Notes: generated by a model not told the origin, from the sequence alone. Positions 20,410 through 30,093 are shown, counted from the stretch's first letter. The stretch is DNA of 64,000 nucleotides from Vampirovibrionales bacterium (GCA_029262635.1 JAJCZA010000022.1:58222-122221), one strand, 5' to 3'. Translations and numbers: made by a program.

Positions 20410-20856
20410 ATGACACTTCAAAGCTCACTGGGCATAGCCGCACAAGGGCTCGACGCCGCTGGCGAACGGATGACTATCCATGCCAACAATATCGCCAACC
20501 TAACGACACCCAACTATCAACGAAAAATTCCTGTTCTCATGGAGAACAACGAAATGTCGTTTGAGAACATCATGGCACAAATGCGCAATGGCGTGATTCA
20601 AACCGGCATTAGTACGTCTCCCGGCGGGGTTCATATGGCAGGCTCCATTGCCGATAGCACGCCGGGGAAGCGAGTTTACAACCCAGGACACCCGGAAGCG
20701 GACAAAGACGGATTCGTTCAAGCCTCTAATGTCAATGTGTTAGCCGATATGTCAGATTCACTCTCCACTCAACGGGTCTACGAAGCGAATCTAGCGGTTA
20801 TTAGCATGGTAAAAGCCATGGCCAACCGGGCACTTGAAATCGGTCGAGGCCAATAA
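20410..20856 (+). CDS. flgC: flagellar proximal rod protein FlgC
   Basis: ANNIANLTTPNYQRK motif and C-terminal RVYEANLAVISMVKAMANRALEIGR. 148 aa. Confidence 0.85.
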   Translation: MTLQSSLGIAAQGLDAAGERMTIHANNIANLTTPNYQRKIPVLMENNEMSFENIMAQMRNGVIQTGISTSPGGVHMAGSIADSTPGKRVYNPGHPEADKDGFVQASNVNVLADMSDSLSTQRVYEANLAVISMVKAMANRALEIGRGQ

Positions 20857-20909
20857 GAGAGCCACTCATTTACTAACTAAAATAAAATACAAAGGAATTC
20901 CCCATCCCC

Positions 20910-21593
20910 ATGATGATTCAAGGCCCATCGCTATCTACCAGTTTTGCTCAATTAAAGGCCGGCGGCGGTATTAACGCGGTTGAAGGCCGGATGCAACAAC
21001 TGGAAATGATGATTAAAGCGGTAGAAGGGAATCGACAACAAACACCGATTTCCTTCAAGGCACAGCTTAATCAAGCTGCCCATCAACCGACTTTTACCTC
21101 AACCCTTCATGGCGTCGTTACGGATCAGATTCCCGGTGGCGCTCCAGTGCCTCCCCGATTCCCTGTCTCGTCGACTGCAACCATGTCTAAAAGCATGCGC
21201 GAGCGGATGGCTGTGTTACAGCCCCATATTACTGAATACAGTCAAAAATATGGGGTGGATAGTGCGCTGGTTAATGCGGTAATTCGACAGGAATCTGGGT
21301 TTAATCCGAATGCGGTTTCTAAAGCCGGTGCGCAAGGCCTAATGCAGTTAATGCCCGCCACAGCCAAAGGGTTGGGTGTAACGAATTCTCTGGATCCGAT
21401 CCAGAATCTGGACGGCGGTATTCGCTATCTAAAAAGCAAGCTTGATATGTACAACGGTAATGTTCCCCTGGCGCTAGCTTCCTACAACGCAGGTTCCGGT
21501 GCTGTTAAAAAATACAACGGGATTCCGCCGTATAAGGAAACTCAAAATTACGTAAAGTCAATTCTAACAGCTTACTTAAAAGAAAAAGCCTAA
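20910..21593 (+). CDS. flagellum-associated soluble lytic transglycosylase (SLT domain, SltF-like) with a roughly 110-aa N-terminal domain of unknown function
   Basis: SLT catalytic region ...IRQESGFNPNAVSKAGAQGLMQLMPATA...SYNAGSGAV (catalytic Glu in the ES motif). Sits between flgC and fliE. Confidence 0.75.
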   Translation: MMIQGPSLSTSFAQLKAGGGINAVEGRMQQLEMMIKAVEGNRQQTPISFKAQLNQAAHQPTFTSTLHGVVTDQIPGGAPVPPRFPVSSTATMSKSMRERMAVLQPHITEYSQKYGVDSALVNAVIRQESGFNPNAVSKAGAQGLMQLMPATAKGLGVTNSLDPIQNLDGGIRYLKSKLDMYNGNVPLALASYNAGSGAVKKYNGIPPYKETQNYVKSILTAYLKEKA

Positions 21594-21628
21594 AACAAGT
21601 TTAACCTCTGTAAAAAAGGACAAACATC

Positions 21629-21964
21629 ATGAATAATGGCTATATCCCCAAATTATCTCTCCCCACCCGAAACCCGGTTTCCATAAGCAATCCCATGTTT
21701 AACCCCGGAACACAGGGTGCCAATCCATTTGGCTCAGTGAATAAAACGTCGTTTAAAGATGTTATGCTCGACACGGTGGGCAAGGTTAATGATACCCTGG
21801 CAAAACCGGATACCATGATGATGGAAACCATTACCAATGGTACTCACGATGTTCACGATGTCATGTTGGCAGGAGCCAAAGCAGAGTTAACCATCACCAT
21901 TGCGGCTCAGTTAACCACTAAAGTAGTTCAGGCTTATGATCGAATTTTACAAATTCAGGTGTAG
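21629..21964 (+). CDS. fliE: flagellar hook-basal body complex protein FliE
   Basis: 111 aa. FliE-like helical sequence SFKDVMLDTVGKVNDTLAKPDTMMMETITNGTHDVHDVMLAGAKAELTITIAAQLTTKVVQAYDRILQIQV. Confidence 0.7.
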   Translation: MNNGYIPKLSLPTRNPVSISNPMFNPGTQGANPFGSVNKTSFKDVMLDTVGKVNDTLAKPDTMMMETITNGTHDVHDVMLAGAKAELTITIAAQLTTKVVQAYDRILQIQV

Positions 21965-22174
21965 CATTCAGGATTGGTTTACTCCCCCGTTCAGTGGGGT
22001 TCCTAAAGATAAGATCCTCTATGGAACCGATACGAAACCCGCTGTCCTTTAATATTATAGGAATAGGTCTAATTAATATTGCCGTAAAGCTGATTATCCG
22101 GAAAAATCAGCGTTTATGGGTACAATAAAAATAGAGAATCAAAATCAAGGGAATTAACTCAAGGAAGACCATTC

Positions 22175-23887
22175 GTGGCAAACCCCGTTCAAACTATTGT
22201 GGGACAGATCCAACAAAACCGTATGTTGGCTATTGGCTTGGCTGTAGCCGTAGTTTTGATTCTGGCGATTGGTGGTTTTATGCTCTTTTCTGGTGGTGGA
22301 AAAAGTAACGAAACCGGCGGAAAAAGCTGCAACAGACCACTGGATAAAGACCAGAAAAAGTTTGCCATGAAAGTCTCGCCTATTGGTAAAGCGGTGGAAA
22401 TACAAGCGCTTTTAGCCTCGGCCGGGATTACTCTGAATCGGGTGGACGACGATACAGGGAAAAAAGCAGATTTGAGCTTTGCGGATGGAACGACCCTTTG
22501 CCAAAGGGATACAGCCTTGATTTCTGTAGCCCAGTCGGGACTGCTTGATAAAAATATTGGACTGGAAATTTTTGAAAAAGGCGATCTAACGGCATCTCGC
22601 GAAGAAAAGCGAATTAAGCTAGTTCGGGCGCAACAGGGCGAGTTGGCCCGGCTCATTCGAAAACTAGATACCATTTCTGATGCGACGGTCAGTTTTTCCA
22701 TTCCAGAACACTCCATTTTTACCAAACAACAAAAAGCCATGTCCGTTACGGTTCAGGTCCGCACAAAAAACGGGGAACGTTTGACTCGGGATAAAGTGCG
22801 CACAGTTATTAATCTGGTAGTAGGAAGTGTTCAACAGGTAGACGCGCAACATGTGGCCTTATCCGACACCAACGGAAACACGTACAACAGTGTACTGGAC
22901 GCCTCCAGCGAATTTGGCCATAAAATGGAAGAGCGAGATCTCTACATGCGGGATAAAGTGGCCCGCCAGCTCAACCGATTAAGCGGCGTAGGCAATTACG
23001 TCGTTACCGTCAGCACCCAGCTTCGGGAAGAGGCGCAGGAAGTGATGACTCAAAGCTTTGATCCTAACGAGTCAGTGGTTTCTACACGACAGCGGTTTTC
23101 AGAAAATTTAAACGCCCGCTCCGGTAATGCTGGTTTATCCGGTGGTCCGGCGAGTGGCTTTGTACCCAACGAGCTAAAAACATCCACTTCGGGTCAAAGT
23201 TCATCGAACCGGGGCTATCGCCGGGAAGGTGAGGAAATCAGCTATGCCAACACCAAAACCCAGAAAATGGAAACCCGTATGCCAGGGATGATTGAGGATA
23301 TCTCCATTGCCGTAACTCTGGATGAAGATCATTTTCCTAAAGTGGTATTGGATACAGGCGAAAAAGTGGACATGGACACACGGGAACTCCAACGGCTAAT
23401 TGCCCGTTCGGCTAGCCCACGAGTAAACCCGAGCAACGTCAGCATTGCCCGAATCAGTTTTGGCAAAAGTTCGGCCACTCCCATTCAAAAGACTTCGGAA
23501 AACGTAGCCACCAAAGAACCTGTCGATTATATGCCTTATGCTGTCGGTGCGGTTTTGGTCATGCTGGCTTTTCTCCTATTCATGTTTCGGGGGACGTCAA
23601 AAGATCCCAAGGCAGAGCTCAATGAACAGGAGATTCAACGACTTCAAGAAGTCGCCAACCAACAGCAACAACAACTTCAGGCAACACAACAACAAACTCA
23701 ACTGCTTATGGAGGCACAACAGCAACAGTTATCCGATCCCACGACAGACAATGCAGGCAGTTTAGCTGGAGGTACTGAAGTTGGCTTACAGCAAACGCTA
23801 GGCGAAATTAAAGAGGTTATTGAGGAAGAGGAACTGGATGATGAAGAAATTGATTCGCAAATCCGAAGCTGGATTGAGTCTTCTTAA
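22175..23887 (+). CDS. fliF: flagellar MS-ring protein FliF
   Basis: 570 aa with GTG start. N-terminal TM, RBM/YscJ-like periplasmic region, second TM near the C-terminus, then an acidic C-terminal FliG-binding tail (EEEELDDEEIDSQIRSWIESS). A Gln-rich low-complexity stretch precedes the tail. Confidence 0.9.
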   Translation: MANPVQTIVGQIQQNRMLAIGLAVAVVLILAIGGFMLFSGGGKSNETGGKSCNRPLDKDQKKFAMKVSPIGKAVEIQALLASAGITLNRVDDDTGKKADLSFADGTTLCQRDTALISVAQSGLLDKNIGLEIFEKGDLTASREEKRIKLVRAQQGELARLIRKLDTISDATVSFSIPEHSIFTKQQKAMSVTVQVRTKNGERLTRDKVRTVINLVVGSVQQVDAQHVALSDTNGNTYNSVLDASSEFGHKMEERDLYMRDKVARQLNRLSGVGNYVVTVSTQLREEAQEVMTQSFDPNESVVSTRQRFSENLNARSGNAGLSGGPASGFVPNELKTSTSGQSSSNRGYRREGEEISYANTKTQKMETRMPGMIEDISIAVTLDEDHFPKVVLDTGEKVDMDTRELQRLIARSASPRVNPSNVSIARISFGKSSATPIQKTSENVATKEPVDYMPYAVGAVLVMLAFLLFMFRGTSKDPKAELNEQEIQRLQEVANQQQQQLQATQQQTQLLMEAQQQQLSDPTTDNAGSLAGGTEVGLQQTLGEIKEVIEEEELDDEEIDSQIRSWIESS

Positions 23888-24052
23888 GAGAAATAACGTA
23901 TTGGCTTCTCTAATTTTTTTATTAAAAAACAGGCCAAAAGGATGAACAGGCAAAGAATATAGGCTAATATAATAAAAAGAGCAATTCCGTTTTTAAGGGC
24001 GGTTTTTCCAATTTAAAAGAACGTTTTAAAGGTAAAAAGAGAGAAAGAGCAA

Positions 24053-24682
24053 ATGACCATTCACGAACTTCAGGGCGAACAACTGGCAGAAACTTGGCGT
24101 GACCGGGTTGTAAAACGAATGGAAGCAAAAGACGCTTCATCAGAAGAGATTGAAGAATCGGCGTTTATTATTTATAACCTATCCAAAGCGGTGGTTGAGT
24201 CACTTAAAAGTGAGCCCACAATCCAGTTACCAGGCCGTGCTGAAACGTTAATCCTGGATAGAGAGGAAGGGGAATTTATTCTGGAGTTGTTTGTGCGAAG
24301 TATTCTAAATATGACCAACCAACTACGGGAAGTTCAAGCCACTGTAGAAATGGACTGGGATAGCCGAAAAAATGTGCTGGAACAGGCCGCCTGGGAAGTC
24401 TTAATTCTTTCCAAGATCGTATTCGCCAGTTCTAAATTACCAGGAAAAGCTCAGATACTTTTGAAAAGCGAAGAAGACATGTTTCTGATCATGCGAAAAA
24501 GCACGGACGAAATTCTAAAACGTCATTTACCGAAAGGAGCCAGCTTAAGAAAAAAAGCAGAAATGACGCTAGCAGGCGGCACCAGTTTAACGAAATTTGA
24601 GATGGCCTCTAGAACCGCAGTCGCTTTGTACAAATCCTTTCAGGACCAATTAGGTTTATCGTCTGATGGAGGGAAAAAGTAA
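24053..24682 (+). CDS. hypothetical soluble protein in the fliF-fliH interval
   Basis: 209 aa, helical, no motif I can assign. Sits where fliG is normally found. Confidence 0.5.
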   Translation: MTIHELQGEQLAETWRDRVVKRMEAKDASSEEIEESAFIIYNLSKAVVESLKSEPTIQLPGRAETLILDREEGEFILELFVRSILNMTNQLREVQATVEMDWDSRKNVLEQAAWEVLILSKIVFASSKLPGKAQILLKSEEDMFLIMRKSTDEILKRHLPKGASLRKKAEMTLAGGTSLTKFEMASRTAVALYKSFQDQLGLSSDGGKK

Positions 24683-24685
24683 TTT

Positions 24686-25219
24686 ATGGCCGAAACGGGT
24701 CACATTGAAGGATTTTCACCAGAAAGCGTGATCTCAAAGTTGATTCAACGCTATACGGAGCGCTTGAAAAAATCGCCTCTCTCGCCTGAAGATCAAGCTG
24801 GTATTGTTGACTTAATGTCTCAATTTACCGAAATTGCGTCACAACTCATTGCCCAACAACAGGAAGATATTTTGGTTCAGGGCGAAGCCCCGCCGAAAGA
24901 AAGAAAACCTTTACCCTTTGATGGACCACGAGCCCGGCAAGCCATGTTTTTATTTTCCGATGCGGTGTATTACACGTTAATCAAATGTCATAAAATGAAA
25001 ATCCCAAAGGAACTACATATCCAGTTTTCTCAACAAGTGGCACAACAAGTCTTCGAGGAAGCTAAACGACTGATTTTAACAGTGCACTATGAACAATCGG
25101 ATATGTCGAAAAAAGATCAAATTCAATTTATGAATCAGACCGCCCTCAAGTCACTGCGTTATTTTGTGGGTGAGTATAAAAAACAGGCCGAAACGGAAAG
25201 CGGAGGTAATGTTTCATGA
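24686..25219 (+). CDS. hypothetical protein, novel domain (paralogous to the N-terminal half of the next gene)
   Basis: 177 aa. Shares collinear motifs with 25216-26364: SPEDQA...QF..IA.Q, MFLF...VYY..LK, QVF...K.L.L., QI.[FY][MV]NQTA...L.Y[FY]V.EY.K. Confidence 0.5.
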   Translation: MAETGHIEGFSPESVISKLIQRYTERLKKSPLSPEDQAGIVDLMSQFTEIASQLIAQQQEDILVQGEAPPKERKPLPFDGPRARQAMFLFSDAVYYTLIKCHKMKIPKELHIQFSQQVAQQVFEEAKRLILTVHYEQSDMSKKDQIQFMNQTALKSLRYFVGEYKKQAETESGGNVS

Positions 25220-26364
25220 CCGACGCTCCCCAGATACCACCTGTTTCTTTACAACCTATTGACGGATTTAACCCGGAACAGGTGATCCTCGAATTAGGCC
25301 AACGCTTTGAAGTCAAACTGAAAAAAGAATCTCTTTCTCCTGAGGATCAAGCTTATTTACTTGGATTCATTAACCAATTTGCCCAGATTGCTGCTCAGCA
25401 AATTCTGGAACAACGAATGATTGAAGTACCCCCCGAGGCCTCACGTGAAGGGTTCTCGTCCCTTCCTTATACCGGCGTAAGCGCAGGGCAGACCATGTTC
25501 CTTTTTTGCGAAGGGGTTTACTACGCCGTACTCAAAGGCTGGAAAATGGGTTTGCCTCAAGATTTCCATACCCAGCTAGCTGGCAGCGTTGCCCAACATG
25601 TGTTTGATACAACGAAACAACTGGTTTTGTCGACCCAGGGACAGGAACTGACGCCAGAATATCAGATTACTGAAGAACAGCAGATTGCCTATGTAAACCA
25701 AACGGCCGAAAGTGCCTTGCTTTACTATGTTAATGAGTATGAAAAGACCAATGGGCCATTTAACCCAGAGGAACGAGTCGTTGAAGAGGAGCTAGAGGCT
25801 CCTGAAATAGTAACCGATGAACCAAGGGTTGAAGCCAAGCCATTACCACCACAGCCCGTCCAATCAAACGTTCCGGCAGGAAGCCGGGAGCAACATACAA
25901 AATATGCGGCGTTGGCTTTGCTCTTAACCACATTGAAACCTAGTCAACAACAGAAAATTTTTCAGCAATTTACACCCGAAGAGCAGCAGGTTATGAATTA
26001 TTACGCCTTACCGCAAAATGTAGAGCGGGTGCTGGACATTCATCAGGTAACCGAACATCTGATGAAGCTAAAGAAGCAAATTAAAGCCGATCATACCTCC
26101 ATAGCATCCCGCTCAATGGCTAATCGAGCGATTGAGGAAATGACTCAGGTTTATCCAAAGGAAAACCTAATCGCCTATGTGAACCATGAACGGCCCAAAA
26201 TAAAAAAATATCTTGAATCATCTTTTGCAACAACGGATAAGATGGACCCCATGTCACTTTTTACTGCGACAGACGAAACTCAAAACGAAGCAAAAGACGA
26301 CCAGAGTTTGTCATCAAAAGTTGAGTCGGTTCTTCATCGCTTTCTGTCACAACAGGTGAGTTAA
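25216..26364 (+). CDS. two-domain hypothetical protein: N-terminal copy of the novel domain plus a C-terminal region resembling the FliG N-terminal / MgtE-N helical domain
   Basis: The N-terminal 190 aa parallel the previous ORF. The C-terminal segment AALALLLTTLKPSQQQKIFQQFTPEEQQVMNYYAL resembles the FliG-N start (AAILL.SLGPE.AA.V.K.L..EE...L). No FliG middle or C-terminal torque motifs are present. Confidence 0.5.
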   Translation: MTDAPQIPPVSLQPIDGFNPEQVILELGQRFEVKLKKESLSPEDQAYLLGFINQFAQIAAQQILEQRMIEVPPEASREGFSSLPYTGVSAGQTMFLFCEGVYYAVLKGWKMGLPQDFHTQLAGSVAQHVFDTTKQLVLSTQGQELTPEYQITEEQQIAYVNQTAESALLYYVNEYEKTNGPFNPEERVVEEELEAPEIVTDEPRVEAKPLPPQPVQSNVPAGSREQHTKYAALALLLTTLKPSQQQKIFQQFTPEEQQVMNYYALPQNVERVLDIHQVTEHLMKLKKQIKADHTSIASRSMANRAIEEMTQVYPKENLIAYVNHERPKIKKYLESSFATTDKMDPMSLFTATDETQNEAKDDQSLSSKVESVLHRFLSQQVS

Positions 26365-26389
26365 TGCCCCAAAAGGGAATCATTAGAAA

Positions 26390-27094
26390 ATGATCATTAA
26401 ACGAAACAAAGCCAATCAAACCCAGTCCTCTAACCTCTCTAGCGACGGGAAAAATGCCAGTGAAACGGACCAGAGCCAGTCTCTTAACTGGACTCAGGAT
26501 AATCTGGAAAAAGGATTGGTTCAGGAGCGTCGCATGGGGCCCCGTGAAAATCGCCGAGACGGGTTTCGACGATTGGAAGATAAGAACTTAATCAGCCGGG
26601 CTCACGAAGAGGCCAACGCCATTCGGGAAAACGCTAAACGGGAAGGCTTTGAAGAAGGGTTAGACGAAGCACAGGAAGAAATTCAGCACTTAAAAAAGGT
26701 TTTGGAAGAACTCATGATTTCCCGTGAAACCGTGCTGGAGTCAGTGGTCGATGATATTGCCCCCATTGCGGTCGAAATTGCCGAACGAATTATCAAGACC
26801 GAAGTGGCGTGCGACGATGAGTTGATTATGGGCATTGTCAACGACACCCTGCAAAAAGTTAGCCGAAAAACAAAAAGTATTTTGATTAAGATTCATCCAG
26901 AAGATGTATCTCTGGTCAAAGAAAATTTAAAAGCCAATCCAATCCCTAATATGGATGCTGAAATTATGGTCATGGATGATCCGGTCGTGGATCGAGGAAG
27001 CTGCATTGTAGAGACCAACAGCGGCCTCATTGACGCGTCGTTTTCAACCCGAATAGAAATTTTGAAGAAACTGTTTGGCACGAACTCACCCTGA
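26390..27094 (+). CDS. fliH: flagellar export ATPase regulator FliH-like (FliH/SctL family)
   Basis: Central charged coiled coil (ISRAHEEANAIRENAKREGFEEGLDEAQEEIQHLKK) followed by a FliH C-terminal-like domain. Located immediately before flhA. Confidence 0.6.
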   Translation: MIIKRNKANQTQSSNLSSDGKNASETDQSQSLNWTQDNLEKGLVQERRMGPRENRRDGFRRLEDKNLISRAHEEANAIRENAKREGFEEGLDEAQEEIQHLKKVLEELMISRETVLESVVDDIAPIAVEIAERIIKTEVACDDELIMGIVNDTLQKVSRKTKSILIKIHPEDVSLVKENLKANPIPNMDAEIMVMDDPVVDRGSCIVETNSGLIDASFSTRIEILKKLFGTNSP

Positions 27095-27256
27095 AAAAAT
27101 AAAATTAAGAAAAGCAACCCTGAATTGAGACTCAATTCAAATACTATTTAAAGCAGATGTTTTTTTAAAAGAAGTAAGACAAAATAAAACGTAAGAGAAC
27201 GTGATTGGGTTTAACGGGTTTTAAAAAACCCAGAGAAAGAAACAAAAGGAGAGTCG

Positions 27257-29383
27257 GTGGCACACCCTCAGGCACCACAACAGCAACAAGGCGGCGGACA
27301 AGCCTTTTCCATGCCGCCTCTAACAGAAGTCCTTCTGGCGTTTCTGGTTCTTGGACTTGTCCTGATTATTATTATGCCGCTTCCGGCCTGGATGATTGAC
27401 GGCATTATCTCCATGAACGTGTCTCTTGGCATCATCCTCCTAATGATGTCCCTCTACGTCGAGAAAGCACTGGATATGGCAGCATTTCCCTCGATTATTG
27501 TTGTCGGCACCATGATGCGGCTAGCCTTAGGGATTGCCACCACCCGATCCATTTTAGCCAACGGCATGGCTGGGGACATGGTCGAGGCCTTCGGGAACTT
27601 CGTAACCGGAGGAAACCTGATTGTCGGGGCGGTGGTCTTTATCATCATTACCATTGTTCAGTTTATGGTAATTACCAAGGGTTCCGAGCGTATCGCAGAA
27701 GTTGGCGCCCGATTTGCCCTGGACGCTATGCCGGGAAAGCAAATGACTATTGATGCGGATTTTAACTCTGGGCTGATTTCTCCAGAAGAAGCCATTAAAC
27801 GACGAGAAGACCTCCAACGAGAATCCGCTCTCTACGGCTCCATGGATGGTGCCATGAAATTCGTCAAAGGAGATTCCATTGCCGGTATTATCATTACCAT
27901 CATCAACATTATTGGTGGGTTAAGCATCGGAATGGGCATGAAAGAACTAGCCTTTGACGAGGCCATTAGCAAATATACACTATTAACCATCGGAGATGGT
28001 TTGGCCGCCCAGATTCCCGCTCTGCTGATGGCCATTGCGTCCGGTTTGATGATGACCCGTTCTACGGCATCTGGCACCAGTTTGGGTAAAGACCTTTTTG
28101 AACAGGTTCAAAGCAAGCCTTATGGTTTGATTTTCTCCGCGATTTTTCTCGCCGTCATTGTCGCAACAGCAAGCTATACTGGTTTAGCCTGGTGGGCGTT
28201 TTTAATTGTTGTTTTCATTCTTGTCGGGATTGCTTTTAGTGTGTTTCTCGCCACAGACGTTCAGCAACAATTGGGCCAATTAGAACAAACCAAACAGAAC
28301 ATGTCGGAACTGATTAACCCGAACCGAATGTATGAAAAGCTAGGCGTCGACGTCTTAAGTCTTCAGGTCGGTAATGATCTGCTGAGAATCGCTGACCCTG
28401 AGCAAGAGGGCCAACTACTGGGTAAAATTGCCGGATTACGCTCTCGCCTAACCGACGAGCTTGGTTTTATTCTCCCCAACGTCCGAATTATGGACAGCTT
28501 GAGTTTGGGCCCTCAAGAGTACTTAATTTCCATCCGGAATAACCCGGTAGCCACAGGAAACGTCTATCCTGATCGGTATATGATTACCAGCGCTCTATTT
28601 GAGTCGGTTGGCCTCCAGCCCCCAGAGGGTGCGATGCGAGATAAAGACCCGACTTATGGCACTGACGCTTACTGGTTACTGCCCGATGAAATTCCGACCG
28701 AACTCCAGGATAGAGCGATTGAAGCGACAGATGCCATTATCGCCCACCTGGCCGAAGTGGTTATTAAGTATGTGGATGATGTGATGACAAAAATGGACGT
28801 ACTGAAGCTAATGGAGCTGGTACGTCAGCAGGATCAGTCTCTGGTTCAGGAATTGGTTCCCTCCATTGTAACGCCCAACGACTTGCGTAAGATTTTCGTT
28901 AACCTGATTCAGGAAAAAGTCTCTATTAAAGATATTATGTTTGTTTTTGAACGCTTGAGCGACTATGCCCGCTTTAGCAAAGAGCCTGATGTCCTTTCTG
29001 AACGGCTCCGGGCGGCATTAGGCCGACAAATCTGCTTGAACAATTCAGAAAATAAAACCATGTACGCCGTCACCCTATCCAATGACTGGGAAAAAATGCT
29101 CGATGACAGTTGTCAGCGAACCGAGCTAGGCACCATGTTCCTGCTAAATCCACTTCAGGTTCAGGAACTGATTGAAACGACCGCAGAAACACTGCGTTCC
29201 GTTCAGGACTCTTATAACCGGATGCCCGTCGTCCTTTGCTCGCCCCGAATCCGATTGCCATTATATCAATTACTGGATCGTCATATTCCCATGGTGGTCG
29301 TCATGTCTTATAGCGAACTAATTCCAGAAATTCAAGTGCAAGCCGTTGGAGCCATTGGCGGCGGTGGCATGGATGACCTATAA
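27257..29383 (+). CDS. flhA: flagellar export gate protein FlhA (FlhA/SctV family)
   Basis: 708 aa. Conserved FHIPEP region (ITKGSERIAEVGARFALDAMPGKQMTIDAD, FVKGDSIAGIIITIINIIGG) and a cytoplasmic C-terminal domain. Confidence 0.95.
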   Translation: MAHPQAPQQQQGGGQAFSMPPLTEVLLAFLVLGLVLIIIMPLPAWMIDGIISMNVSLGIILLMMSLYVEKALDMAAFPSIIVVGTMMRLALGIATTRSILANGMAGDMVEAFGNFVTGGNLIVGAVVFIIITIVQFMVITKGSERIAEVGARFALDAMPGKQMTIDADFNSGLISPEEAIKRREDLQRESALYGSMDGAMKFVKGDSIAGIIITIINIIGGLSIGMGMKELAFDEAISKYTLLTIGDGLAAQIPALLMAIASGLMMTRSTASGTSLGKDLFEQVQSKPYGLIFSAIFLAVIVATASYTGLAWWAFLIVVFILVGIAFSVFLATDVQQQLGQLEQTKQNMSELINPNRMYEKLGVDVLSLQVGNDLLRIADPEQEGQLLGKIAGLRSRLTDELGFILPNVRIMDSLSLGPQEYLISIRNNPVATGNVYPDRYMITSALFESVGLQPPEGAMRDKDPTYGTDAYWLLPDEIPTELQDRAIEATDAIIAHLAEVVIKYVDDVMTKMDVLKLMELVRQQDQSLVQELVPSIVTPNDLRKIFVNLIQEKVSIKDIMFVFERLSDYARFSKEPDVLSERLRAALGRQICLNNSENKTMYAVTLSNDWEKMLDDSCQRTELGTMFLLNPLQVQELIETTAETLRSVQDSYNRMPVVLCSPRIRLPLYQLLDRHIPMVVVMSYSELIPEIQVQAVGAIGGGGMDDL

Positions 29384-29418
29384 TAGACGACGTCTTGTCT
29401 AAATAATTTGAACCACGA

Positions 29419-30093
29419 ATGCTTCACTATACAGCTTGTCTGGCTAGTTCCTTTGATGGAAAAATTGCGCCAGCTCATACGCATCAATATGTCCGGATTG
29501 GTTCGGACAGGGATATTTCCCATTTAATCCGGTTACGAGGGGAGTTTGACGCCCTTCTTATGGGTGGTTCTACGTTTCGAGCCTATCCCAAGCGGCATAA
29601 AAGCGAAGAAGGTTCTCATCGGCCGATTCATGCGATTCTAACCCGAGGGGGCGACAATATATTAGCGGCTCTACCCCCAGAATCCCCGCTTTTTAAAGAA
29701 CAATCATCTGATCAAGCTGTCCCCATAGTCGTGTTTGCCCAGCGATGCCCCTCCATCGACCAACAGGCCAAATATCCCGATTCAATCCAGTGGGTTGAGA
29801 CTGGTGAAACGGCCCTCCAGCAATTGAACATTATTGATCAAACCTTGCACGAGATGGGGTGTTCTAATGGATTAGTCGAAGGCGGCGGACAAATAATGGC
29901 ACTGTTTTTAGAAGCAAAGGCATTGAGAGAGATGTACTTAACCCTGTGCCCTTTATTTCTGGGTGGACAAGATGCCCCTAATCTACTTTCCGGTACCGAA
30001 TTTCAATTAAAAGACGCCCCTCGCATGGAGCTTATGGAAGTGAGCCAACAGGGCCACGAATTGTTTTTACGGGTAACGTTTCAGTACACCTGA
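29419..30093 (+). CDS. RibD C-terminal domain / dihydrofolate-reductase-like reductase family protein
   Basis: LMGGSTF and LVEGGGQIMALFLE are Rossmann-like motifs typical of the RibD_C/DHFR-like family. Confidence 0.65.
   Translation: MLHYTACLASSFDGKIAPAHTHQYVRIGSDRDISHLIRLRGEFDALLMGGSTFRAYPKRHKSEEGSHRPIHAILTRGGDNILAALPPESPLFKEQSSDQAVPIVVFAQRCPSIDQQAKYPDSIQWVETGETALQQLNIIDQTLHEMGCSNGLVEGGGQIMALFLEAKALREMYLTLCPLFLGGQDAPNLLSGTEFQLKDAPRMELMEVSQQGHELFLRVTFQYT

Noticed and set aside
22189-22740. 183-aa minus-strand ORF
   Set aside because: Antisense to the N-terminal region of fliF. Cys/Ser-rich nonsense translation.
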